Origin: Gemmatimonadaceae bacterium
GTDB lineage: Bacteria > Gemmatimonadota > Gemmatimonadetes > Gemmatimonadales > Gemmatimonadaceae
Assembly: GCA_031374935.1 (NCBI GenBank)
Contig: JANMHB010000183.1
Span: forward strand, 9,820-73,819
Direction of reading: 5' to 3'
DNA: 64,000 nt
This document shows positions 56,628 to 64,000 of the stretch, one piece after another. How positions within the stretch are numbered: position 1 is the first letter of the stretch; each line of letters begins with the position of its first letter. The notes beneath the pieces were generated by a model that saw only the letters and a list, made by a program, of their open reading frames with translations, had not been told where the DNA came from and did not search any database. The translations under genes and the position numbers were made by a program.

Positions 56628-57392
56628 TCAGCGATCGACCAGCGCGATGAAGCGGAACGGCGCTCCGCCAACGTTGTTGTCGGCGGCGATGATCGTCCTC
56701 GCGCCGTTCGCCGGCAGCGCGACCGATGCGAGGTTGATCGCCACGTTGGCAGCCCTGGCAGCAGCCGCGGTGCCCGCCGGCACGACGCGCACCTGATACG
56801 TCCCCGCCGGTACCGACAGGTACGCCGACGCGCGCAGTGGCACGTTGGCGAGCGTCGGCGTGGCCAGCGCCAGATCGGCACCCACCGCTGTCACGAAGAC
56901 GTCGACGTTGCCTGCGCTCGGCGCCAAGTGCACCACCCGCACACGCACGGCACCACTGGCAGGCACGGAGTTGGTGTCGGTGGTGATGAACGACGTGATT
57001 GCAGAAGCGCCAGTGCCGCCGGTGGCGTAGACGGAGTAGTCCACCGACGCTGCGACGGAGAGCGGGAAAGTCGCGACGGTGGTGTTGGTGTCGGCGGTGC
57101 GCTTCAGCACCAGCGAGCGGGAGCCGGTGAGGACCGGTGAGTAGATCGCGGTGTTCGGCGCGGCAAGTGTGGCAGGCGTCGCAGTGCCGTAGACCTGATT
57201 CACGTTCCACTGTACCTGCTCGAGATTCAGGTTTACGCGACCGCGTGTCGTATCCGTGATCAGGTTCACGAATCGGACACGGCCCGTCGGACCGGACGGT
57301 AGCAGCGACGTGCTGCCATCCGATGTGCCGCAGGCGGCCGCGACCAGCAGCACAGCGAATGCGGCCAGACCACTTCGTAGCGATCGACGCAT
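56628..57392 (-). CDS. DUF4397 domain lipoprotein
   Basis: Track ORF trimmed to ATG at 57392 (MRRSLRSGLAAFAVLLVAAAC|GT). Repeated beta modules RVRFVNLITD.., VRVRVVHLAPSAGNVDVFV, AGTYQVRVVPAGT are typical of DUF4397. Confidence 0.7.
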   Translation of the reverse strand: MRRSLRSGLAAFAVLLVAAACGTSDGSTSLLPSGPTGRVRFVNLITDTTRGRVNLNLEQVQWNVNQVYGTATPATLAAPNTAIYSPVLTGSRSLVLKRTADTNTTVATFPLSVAASVDYSVYATGGTGASAITSFITTDTNSVPASGAVRVRVVHLAPSAGNVDVFVTAVGADLALATPTLANVPLRASAYLSVPAGTYQVRVVPAGTAAAARAANVAINLASVALPANGARTIIAADNNVGGAPFRFIALVDR

Positions 57393-57427
57393 GGGTTCCA
57401 CGTGTCTAGTCATCAGGCGCTCGTTAC

Positions 57428-58768
57428 TCACAGTGGGCATCCAGTGGGAAGGGGGCGCGGCTCCGTCGGATCGACGGGCACGTTGCCGTTGGCGTTGCGG
57501 TCGCCGATGGAGTACGGCATCCAGCAGCGCTGACCTCCGGTTGGCACGGCCGGCGCTGCGATGGGCCCGACGACCTGATTGCGACGCCGGGTGTCTTCCC
57601 AGCGCAGCCCGGTGCCATACAACTCGTACCGCCGCTGCCGGTAGATCTCATCCAGCAGCTGTGCATTCGACAACACGCCGGCGAGCGCTGTCAGGCACGC
57701 CTTGGGATCATCCACTCCTCGCCCACCAGTACAATCGACCCGCACCGAATCGACCGCAGCTCGGGCGCCGGCGGCGTCACCCTGTGCAAGTAACGCTTCG
57801 GCCTTGATCAGCAGCGCTTCGTCGGGGAAGAGCAGCGGAAGATTGGCCGTCGGCAAGGCGTAGCGACTGAAGCCGTCAAGGAGTGCGCCGATGCGACCGG
57901 TCACGGTCTGTGGTGACACGAAGTAGCCGAATCGCTGATCGGCGACGTCCATGCTCAGGCGCCACTGCCTGCGCGGTCCGATCCCATTGGTACCGCCAGT
58001 CACACCGCTGAACGGGTTCGTTGTCGGCGCAACGAACGTCACCTGTGAGAGCGAACTGCGGCTGACAAGATTTGCGGCAGCCAGCGCCGCTGCGTCGTCG
58101 CCTGCCATCCGGGCATATCGGGCGCGGTACATCTGGATCAGATTCGGCAGGCTGACGCCCGGTGTGAGCATCTCGGCATTGAAGATTGCCGATGGCACCG
58201 TGTCGGTGACAAGCCGTGCGGCGGTGTCGAGCAGCGCGCGGACGATGGGCAGTGCGACCGACCGTGTCACGTAGACCGGTTGCGTCGTGCCAAAGGTGCT
58301 GACCGGGATCCGCTGGTAGGTCTGCAACGCTTCACCAAGTGCTTCTGCCTTGATCGCGTAGGCCAGTGCCCGGAGCCCACTGCGCGTTCCGGGTTCAACG
58401 CCAGCCGCCACGAGCAGCGAGTCGCGCAACAGTTCATCCGCTGACCGCACCGTGCGATACACCGAGTTGAAGACCGCGTCGGCAATGCCCGTTCCCGGCG
58501 GAACGTTGCCCTGTTCGGCGTCACTGATGGACACCAGAGCGGCCGACGCACTGGCGAATTCGTCGGTCACCAGGCCGCTGGCGTACGCGAAACTGAAGTA
58601 TGAAGTGGCAAACCGACCTTGCAAACCGGTCGCCAGCGTCGCCAGTGCGATACGCACCGGGGTTGCCTCGACCTTGTCGCGGCCCGGCTGGTTCGGGTTG
58701 GTGACATCGAGATTGCATCCAACGAGGAAGACGGCGGCAATCGCCACCGCGCTCTTGACAATGCGCAT
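57428..58768 (-). CDS. SusD/RagB family nutrient-binding outer-membrane lipoprotein
   Basis: 446 aa. Lipobox AVFLVGC|NL. Immediately downstream (17 nt) of the SusC-like gene. Helical TPR-like core (RALAYAIKAEALGEALQTY, EALLIKAEALLAQGDAAGA). Confidence 0.8.
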   Translation of the reverse strand: MRIVKSAVAIAAVFLVGCNLDVTNPNQPGRDKVEATPVRIALATLATGLQGRFATSYFSFAYASGLVTDEFASASAALVSISDAEQGNVPPGTGIADAVFNSVYRTVRSADELLRDSLLVAAGVEPGTRSGLRALAYAIKAEALGEALQTYQRIPVSTFGTTQPVYVTRSVALPIVRALLDTAARLVTDTVPSAIFNAEMLTPGVSLPNLIQMYRARYARMAGDDAAALAAANLVSRSSLSQVTFVAPTTNPFSGVTGGTNGIGPRRQWRLSMDVADQRFGYFVSPQTVTGRIGALLDGFSRYALPTANLPLLFPDEALLIKAEALLAQGDAAGARAAVDSVRVDCTGGRGVDDPKACLTALAGVLSNAQLLDEIYRQRRYELYGTGLRWEDTRRRNQVVGPIAAPAVPTGGQRCWMPYSIGDRNANGNVPVDPTEPRPLPTGCPL

Positions 58769-58785
58769 GGGTGATCGTCTCCGGT

Positions 58786-61700
58786 TCAGTAGGTGAAGCG
58801 CGCGCTGACGGACCAGACGCGCGGGATGGGATAGCCACCGAAGTCGAACCCGCGATCGGCCGCCGTGGTCTGGGCCGAGCCGAGACCACCGGCATTGGTG
58901 CCGAAGAGGTTGATCTCCGGGTCGTAACCGCTGTACTTCGTCCAGACGAAGAGATTGCGACCCGACACGGTCAGTTCGACCGGGCTGCGGAAGACGCGGC
59001 GAAGGTGCGACCAGTCGAGCGGATAGCTGAACGACAGTTCCCGCAGCTTGACGAAGCTGCCGTCCTCCACCCAGTACTCGAAGATGCCCTGCGTTCGTGC
59101 GTTGAATCCCGCCGGCAGTTTGCGTGGATCACCGAACGGCAGCAGTTCCCGCTCGAATTCGCGGCTGTTGCTGGCGATGCCGGCGTTCTGCGCGCGCGTG
59201 GAGAGGTTCATGACGTCGTTTCCGACGACGGCGTCGAACAGGGCGCGCACGCGCAGCTTGCCGCCGATGGTGACTTCGTTCAACAGGGACCCGAGCCAAT
59301 CCGGATTCGGATCGCCGATGATCTTGTTCGCGGAGTCATTGCAGGCACCACCGCTGAGCGCCTGTCGGGCGGCGATATTCGCACCCATGTCGGCGGCGAT
59401 GTTGCTGCGGCGATAGCGGCCCAAGGAATCCGTCAGGAATGCGCCGGTGAGGCAGTTGCGCGCCGCGTAGGAGCCGAAGAACACGCCCATCGGCTGCCCT
59501 TCCTCGACCCGATTCGGATAGCCGCCAGCGGACTGGAACGAGCGAACAAGGGGACCGCTGAAGCTCGGGTCGGAGAGCAGCAGCCGGTCGACCGTGTTGC
59601 GATTGCGGGTGTAGGTGACGGTCGATTCCCACCGCAGGTTCTTGCGATCAATTGGTGTGCCACGGACCAGCAGTTCGAATCCGCTGTTCGAGATATCGCC
59701 AATCGGGGCGAACGCGCGGGAGAAACCGGTGCTGGTGGCCAGAGGACGGAAGAACAGCAGGTTCTTGACCCGTCGGTCGTAGTACGTCGCCTCGAAGCCG
59801 GCACGACCGGACAAGATGCCGATGTCCGTCCCGACTTCGAACTCACGCGAGCGCTCGTCCTTCAGATCGGGATTGCCGAGCTGCGCGTCGCTCACGATGC
59901 CCGGGCGCCCGCCGAAGAACGTGCTCGAATAGGTGAAGTACTGGCTGTAGGCGTTGAGCAACCCCGGCTGACTGCCCGCCTCACCGTAGGCCGCGCGAAT
60001 CCGTGCCTGATTGAGGAGCCCACTGCGCTGCGTGAGCAGTGAATAGGTCGCGCTCGCCTTCGGGAAGAGCTGGCAGCGCTGTGACGCGGCAAACACTGAC
60101 GCACAGTCGCGACGCACTGCCGCGGTCAGGAACAGGCGATCATACAGTCCGACTTCCTCCTGCACATACAGGCCGAAGGTGCGCAGCTGGAAGTTCTGTT
60201 CGTTGGCCGCCTGCACGGCACCGACGTTCACTTGCTGACCGACGCCAAGGTTGTTCGACTGCGAGACGGTGATCGCCGTGCGCTGATCGGTGAAGTTCAG
60301 CCCGCCGGTGGTGCGGAAGGAGAAATCGTTGCCGGCATTCAGGGTGTGACTCGCGATCAGGTCCTGGTTGATGATGCGCGTGCCCTGAAAATTCGCCAAC
60401 GCCTGACCGGTCGACAGCAGGTCGGTGCCGAGCACCGCGCCGCGCGGGATGAACTGCCGCTGCTCGAAGCCAGTGTTGTCGACGCCGACTGTGTAGTCCA
60501 CCAGCACATCGGTGCGCGGCGTCCATGTCAGCTTGGTCGATCCGATGAAGCGATTGATGTTCTGCGGATTCTTGATGCGATCGATAGCGAGCAACGGATT
60601 CGTGCCAAGCGACGGCGGAAGTGGATAGACACCGCCGGTCGGCCGGAAATCGACATTTGTCGGGGCGAAGAACAACGAGCCCATGATGCCGTAGCTGTTC
60701 TGCTCGCCGAACGCCTGGATTTCGTTCCGGGTGCTGGTGAAGCTGGTGCTGAAGTTCGCCGACAGGTTCGGTAGCAGCTGTTGCTGCAGGTTCACCCGCG
60801 CGCTCTGACGACGGGATGACGTACTGCGAATGATGCCCTCATCCTGCAGATTCCCCGCACTGATGAAGTAGCGGGTCTGATCGTTGCCGCCTTCGACGCT
60901 CAGGTTCTGCTCGTAGGTCGGAGCGCGGCGGAAGATGTTGTCCTGATAGTCGTACCGCGCAAGGGGCAATCCGTTGTTGTCGAACGGGTACAGGTTGAAT
61001 GGCTGCTGCTCACGCAATTCATTCTGCGCAAAGCGTGTCGTGAATGAGAATTGTGGTTTTCCGAGCGCGCCGCGCTTGGTGAAGATCTGCACCACCCCGT
61101 TGTTGGCACGGGACCCGTACAGCGCCGCCGCCGCCGCGCCACGGATGATCTCGACGCGTTCGATGTCGGCCGGGTTGATGTCGGCCAGGCGATTCTGCGG
61201 ATTGGACCGGATGCCGAGGTCGGCAAGCTGGGCCGAGCCGTTGTCGACGATCATGCCGTCGACGATGTACAGCGGATCGGAGCCGGAGATGAAACTGTTG
61301 GTGCCGCGCAGCCGGACGGAGATGCCGCCGCCGCCGGGCCCGCCTGAGTTCTGCGAGATCTGGGCGCCCGCCAGTTTGCCCTGCAGTGCCTGATCGACGG
61401 TCACCGCTTGCGCCCGTGAGACGGTCGTCGAATCCACCGTCGCAATGCTGGTGCCGATCTTCCGCTTCTCGATCGGACCGGCCGTGCCCGTCACCACCAC
61501 TTCCGACAGGTTGATCGCGCTCACCGACAACCGGACGTCAACCGTGGCGCTGGCGCCACCGACGACCTGGACGGTCCTGTTGACCGGCTGGAAACCGATT
61601 CGACGGATCTGCACCACCCGGGCCCCCGCCGGTACCGCCGTCAGCACATACTCACCTGATGTCTGGCTGAGCGTGCCGACCCGGGTCCCGACCACCTGAA

Positions 61701-61848
61701 TCTGGGCGTCCGACAGTCCGCGGCCGGACGACGCCTCGGTAACTCTGCCGCGAATGGTGCCCGTAGCAGCTTGTGCCTGCAGCGCCAGCGGGAGGGCTGA
61801 CAGCAGCCCCGCGGCACACCAGACACGGCGAACCCAAAGAGAGATCAT
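58786..61848 (-). CDS. SusC/RagA family TonB-dependent outer-membrane transporter
   Basis: 1020 aa. Signal peptide, CarboxypepD_reg domain (GTIRGRVTEASSGRGLSDAQIQVVGT...GEYVLTAVPAG), TonB box/plug (LSEVVVTG...IEKRKIGTSIATV, VRLRGTNSFISGSDPLYIVDG), C-terminal aromatic ...SARFTY. Confidence 0.9.
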   Translation of the reverse strand: MISLWVRRVWCAAGLLSALPLALQAQAATGTIRGRVTEASSGRGLSDAQIQVVGTRVGTLSQTSGEYVLTAVPAGARVVQIRRIGFQPVNRTVQVVGGASATVDVRLSVSAINLSEVVVTGTAGPIEKRKIGTSIATVDSTTVSRAQAVTVDQALQGKLAGAQISQNSGGPGGGGISVRLRGTNSFISGSDPLYIVDGMIVDNGSAQLADLGIRSNPQNRLADINPADIERVEIIRGAAAAALYGSRANNGVVQIFTKRGALGKPQFSFTTRFAQNELREQQPFNLYPFDNNGLPLARYDYQDNIFRRAPTYEQNLSVEGGNDQTRYFISAGNLQDEGIIRSTSSRRQSARVNLQQQLLPNLSANFSTSFTSTRNEIQAFGEQNSYGIMGSLFFAPTNVDFRPTGGVYPLPPSLGTNPLLAIDRIKNPQNINRFIGSTKLTWTPRTDVLVDYTVGVDNTGFEQRQFIPRGAVLGTDLLSTGQALANFQGTRIINQDLIASHTLNAGNDFSFRTTGGLNFTDQRTAITVSQSNNLGVGQQVNVGAVQAANEQNFQLRTFGLYVQEEVGLYDRLFLTAAVRRDCASVFAASQRCQLFPKASATYSLLTQRSGLLNQARIRAAYGEAGSQPGLLNAYSQYFTYSSTFFGGRPGIVSDAQLGNPDLKDERSREFEVGTDIGILSGRAGFEATYYDRRVKNLLFFRPLATSTGFSRAFAPIGDISNSGFELLVRGTPIDRKNLRWESTVTYTRNRNTVDRLLLSDPSFSGPLVRSFQSAGGYPNRVEEGQPMGVFFGSYAARNCLTGAFLTDSLGRYRRSNIAADMGANIAARQALSGGACNDSANKIIGDPNPDWLGSLLNEVTIGGKLRVRALFDAVVGNDVMNLSTRAQNAGIASNSREFERELLPFGDPRKLPAGFNARTQGIFEYWVEDGSFVKLRELSFSYPLDWSHLRRVFRSPVELTVSGRNLFVWTKYSGYDPEINLFGTNAGGLGSAQTTAADRGFDFGGYPIPRVWSVSARFTY

Positions 61849-62022
61849 GCACGTCCTCCGGACGAACAGAGCAGACGACCCCGGTGTGGACGGCGCGAAT
61901 CGCCGGTCCGTGGTCAGAGCGCGTCAAGGTTACCTTCACTCAGCGGGCCGGGCAACGCGGGATGCCCTCGCCTGCAACCGACGGGGAGCGGCCGCCACGC
62001 CGTCGTCTGTCCTTGGGTGACC

Positions 62023-62048
62023 GAACCCCTGCCAGCGAAGTACTCAGA
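62023..62048 (+). promoter_or_regulatory. Candidate ECF-type promoter upstream of the sigma factor gene (weak)
   Basis: GAACC (62023-62027), 16 nt, TCAGA (62044-62048), 30 nt before the ATG at 62078. Resembles the GGAAC-N16-TCTGA/TCAAA class of autoregulated ECF promoters. Confidence 0.25.
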
Positions 62049-62077
62049 GCGCCTGCCCCCGCTCCGCGACCTGCCAC

Positions 62078-62683
62078 ATGCCTCAGCCTCTGCGCGCCCT
62101 GCACCTCGATCGCACGACCTCCGAGCCCCCGCCGGCCGCCGCTGACGTGCTGGCGCTGCGCGCGCGGGATGGCGAGGCCGGGGCGTTCACCGCGCTCGTG
62201 GAGCACATGCAGCCGCGAGCCCTGCGCTTCGCGGCGCAGATGACCGGCGCCAGTCGGGATGACGTCGATGACATCGTGCAGGATGCCTGGGTGCGCACCT
62301 ATCGCGCGCTGCCTCGCTACGATGCCAGCCGGTCGTTCGAAAGCTGGTTCTTCACCATCCTGGCCAATTGCTGCCGCAGCCTGCGGGTCAAGCTCAGGCG
62401 CTGGCAGCTGCGGTCGCAGCCGCTCGATGACCAGATGAGCGCCGAGCTGATCGACCCCCTGATGGCCACCTCGACCCGAAGCGACGTGGCACGTGTGCAG
62501 CGGGCCCTGGCCACGCTGCCGGCGATGCAGCGCGAGACCTTTCTCCTGCACCACGTCGAAGGGTTCAGCTACGAAGAGATTGCCGAGATGACCGGCGTCG
62601 GCGTCTCGGCCAGCAAGATGCGCGCGAAACGCGCCATGGATGCCGTGCGCGCACTGCTTACGGAGGAACAGCTCGATGACTGA
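62078..62683 (+). CDS. ECF (group 4) RNA polymerase sigma-70 factor
   Basis: 201 aa. Region 2 DDIVQDAWVRTYRALPRYD...SFESWFFTILANCC. Region 4 LPAMQRETFLLHHVEGFSYEEIAEMTGVGVSASKMRAKRAM. Confidence 0.9.
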   Translation: MPQPLRALHLDRTTSEPPPAAADVLALRARDGEAGAFTALVEHMQPRALRFAAQMTGASRDDVDDIVQDAWVRTYRALPRYDASRSFESWFFTILANCCRSLRVKLRRWQLRSQPLDDQMSAELIDPLMATSTRSDVARVQRALATLPAMQRETFLLHHVEGFSYEEIAEMTGVGVSASKMRAKRAMDAVRALLTEEQLDD

Positions 62684-63260
62684 TGCCATGAAGCCGCCGG
62701 GTGACCGGCTCGATGCCGCGCTGGCGGCGATGCGTGAACCGCCCGCCGTCCACCGCGACACCGTGGAGCGTGTCGCGGCCCGCGCGGTGCTGGCCAACGA
62801 ACCCAGGGTACGGACCAACATCTGGACGCTCCGAGCCGCAGCGGCCATGGCGGTCGTGGTACTTGGCGCCGCAGCCCTTCGCCCGAATCAGTCGAGCGCG
62901 ACACCCGACGCCGATCGTGCCGTGACAACGGTCGCTCCCGCGGCGGAGCTGGATCGTGCGATGACGATCACCCCCGTGATTGCCACCGGTGCCCGCCCGA
63001 TCGTCTTCGAACTGAATGCGCCGGATGCACAGTCGGTGCAGGTGCTGGGCGATTTCAATCAGTGGTCGCGCGACGTGAACAGCATGGCACGCGGGAGCGA
63101 CGGGCGCTGGCGGCTGACGACGATGCTGCCCCCCGGCCGCTATGTCTACGCCTTCCTGGTGGACGGTCGACGCTTCCAGCGCGATCCCGTGCGTGATGCC
63201 ATCGAGGATCGGGACTTCGGCGTCACCGGCTCGGAACTGGTCGTCGGCGAGGCCCCGTGA
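62676..63260 (+). CDS. Putative anti-sigma factor: single TM plus a C-terminal CBM48/AMPK-beta-like glycan-binding module
   Basis: Track ORF trimmed to ATG at 62676 (8-nt overlap with the sigma gene stop). TM LRAAAAMAVVVLGAAAL. C-terminal FELNAPDAQSVQVLGDFNQWSRDVNSMARGSDGRWRLTTMLPPGRYVYAFLVDGRRFQRDP is the glycogen-binding-domain signature. Confidence 0.65.
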   Translation: MTDAMKPPGDRLDAALAAMREPPAVHRDTVERVAARAVLANEPRVRTNIWTLRAAAAMAVVVLGAAALRPNQSSATPDADRAVTTVAPAAELDRAMTITPVIATGARPIVFELNAPDAQSVQVLGDFNQWSRDVNSMARGSDGRWRLTTMLPPGRYVYAFLVDGRRFQRDPVRDAIEDRDFGVTGSELVVGEAP

Positions 63261-63910
63261 TGCAACGCCTGTCGTCGATTGCGGCAGCGGTGCTGTTCGC
63301 GCTTCCGGCCGGTGCGCAAACCACCGCATCGGACGTCGACCGGGCGGCGCAGGAGCGGATCGAGATCATCCTCCGGGATTTCGATCGCCGCGGCCTGCCC
63401 ACAGACCTGCTCCGCGCCAAGGTGGCTGAGGGCACGGCCAAGGGCGCGACGCAGACCCGGATCGCCGATGCCATCGCGCTGCTGGCGGCGCGTGTGGACT
63501 CGGTCGCCCGGTTGCTCGCGCCTGCCGTCTCGGGGCCCGAGTTACACGCCGGCGCCGAAGCGCTGGCCGTCGGGGTGTCGGGTCCGTCGTTGCGCACGTT
63601 GCGCATGGCGGCTGGCCGCCGGTCGGCGGAACCGTACTTCCTGTTCGTCATTCGCCTCGTGCGCCGCGGTGTGTCGCAGGATCAGGCGATGCGGGCCGCG
63701 CGGCAGCTCATCGATCGACAGGTGGCGGGAAACACGCTGCTCGCCATCGCCGACGATCTGGCGCGCGACGTGGCCAGTGGCGCGTCACCCGACGCGGCGT
63801 TGAACGATCGCATGACGCGGCTGATCGGTGGCTTCGGGCCGACCGCGGGGGCGACTGCCGATGGCCCCGCCCGGGGACCGGGTATCGCGAACACCGGCGC
63901 GAAGCCCTGA
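63260..63910 (+). CDS. Exported all-helical hypothetical protein, translationally coupled to the anti-sigma gene
   Basis: ATG at 63260 overlaps the upstream TGA (TGATG). Signal peptide MQRLSSIAAAVLFALPAGAQ. Helical repeats. Gly/Ala/Pro-rich tail. Confidence 0.55.
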   Translation: MQRLSSIAAAVLFALPAGAQTTASDVDRAAQERIEIILRDFDRRGLPTDLLRAKVAEGTAKGATQTRIADAIALLAARVDSVARLLAPAVSGPELHAGAEALAVGVSGPSLRTLRMAAGRRSAEPYFLFVIRLVRRGVSQDQAMRAARQLIDRQVAGNTLLAIADDLARDVASGASPDAALNDRMTRLIGGFGPTAGATADGPARGPGIANTGAKP

Positions 63911-63911
63911 C

Positions 63912-64000
63912 ATGCCGCGCACGATCGGGATCGTGCGGACGCAGGTCCTGGCGGTCATCGCCGCGCTGGCCGCCGGCTCTCTGGCCGCCGGCGGGCTGAC
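63912..64000 (+). CDS. Start of a further CDS (partial; runs off the window) with a hydrophobic N-terminus
   Basis: ATG at 63912, 2 nt after the previous stop. MPRTIGIVRTQVLAVIAALAAGSLAAGGL... Confidence 0.35.
   Translation, partial: MPRTIGIVRTQVLAVIAALAAGSLAAGGL

Noticed and set aside
54856-57210. 784-aa extended ORF for the TlpA-like gene
   Set aside because: The N-terminal ~228 codons overlap the DUF4397 lipoprotein gene in another frame and cross a strong hairpin. The internal ATG at 56526 gives a proper hydrophobic N-terminus.
61849-62077. Search for an ECF-type promoter driving susC on the minus strand
   Set aside because: Only GTAACC with no properly spaced -10-like element was found. 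It does not match the candidate GAACC-N16-TCAGA seen upstream of the sigma gene, so no call is made.

Overview
High-GC (~68-70%), densely coding bacterial chromosomal segment. By eye I found about 55 CDS and no rRNA, tRNA, CRISPR array or IS element. The gene content (SusC/SusD pair, two sortilin/BNR-like giant exported proteins, many lipoproteins, type II secretion genes) suggests a Gemmatimonadota-like soil bacterium, but this is inference only. Many long ORFs in the six-frame track are antisense artefacts typical of high-GC DNA, and I trimmed several real genes to internal starts.

Main blocks:
- 1-7159 (-): nine-gene type II secretion operon, gspH-I-J-K-L-M-(C/N-like)-D-E, almost entirely linked by 4-nt ATGA/GTGA overlaps.
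- 8259-16441: housekeeping and metabolic genes: APC permease, aldo-keto reductase fused to RidA, SelO, C-N hydrolase, animal-type alpha-amylase lipoprotein, NUDIX hydrolase.
- 16585-19305: CBM9/DUF5916-like protein.
- 19321-25504 (-): sortilin-like protein, RWxDY exported protein and M20 peptidase in one operon.
- 26221-30858 (-): conserved tilS-hpt-ftsH-folP block.
- 31221-32944 (-): glnK-amtB.
- 33189-36077 (+): HExxH peptidase fused to a TolB-like propeller.
- 38426-41556 (-): three lipoproteins, including an LpoB-like one.
- 46561-48946 (-): two twin-arginine Rieske proteins plus two membrane proteins.
- 50637-53906 (-): second sortilin-like paralog.
- 54018-61848 (-): SusC-SusD-DUF4397 followed by TlpA-like and DsbD-N-like genes.
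- 62078-63910 (+): ECF sigma factor and an anti-sigma protein carrying a CBM48-like domain.

Most interesting candidates:
- the Rieske x2 plus His-rich four-TM membrane protein module
- the CBM48-type anti-sigma next to a SusC lacking a signalling domain
- a 20-codon mini-ORF with a 12-nt Shine-Dalgarno match and a strong hairpin
- atypical pseudopilin leaders in the secretion operon

All family names come from motif recognition by eye. No database search was run.
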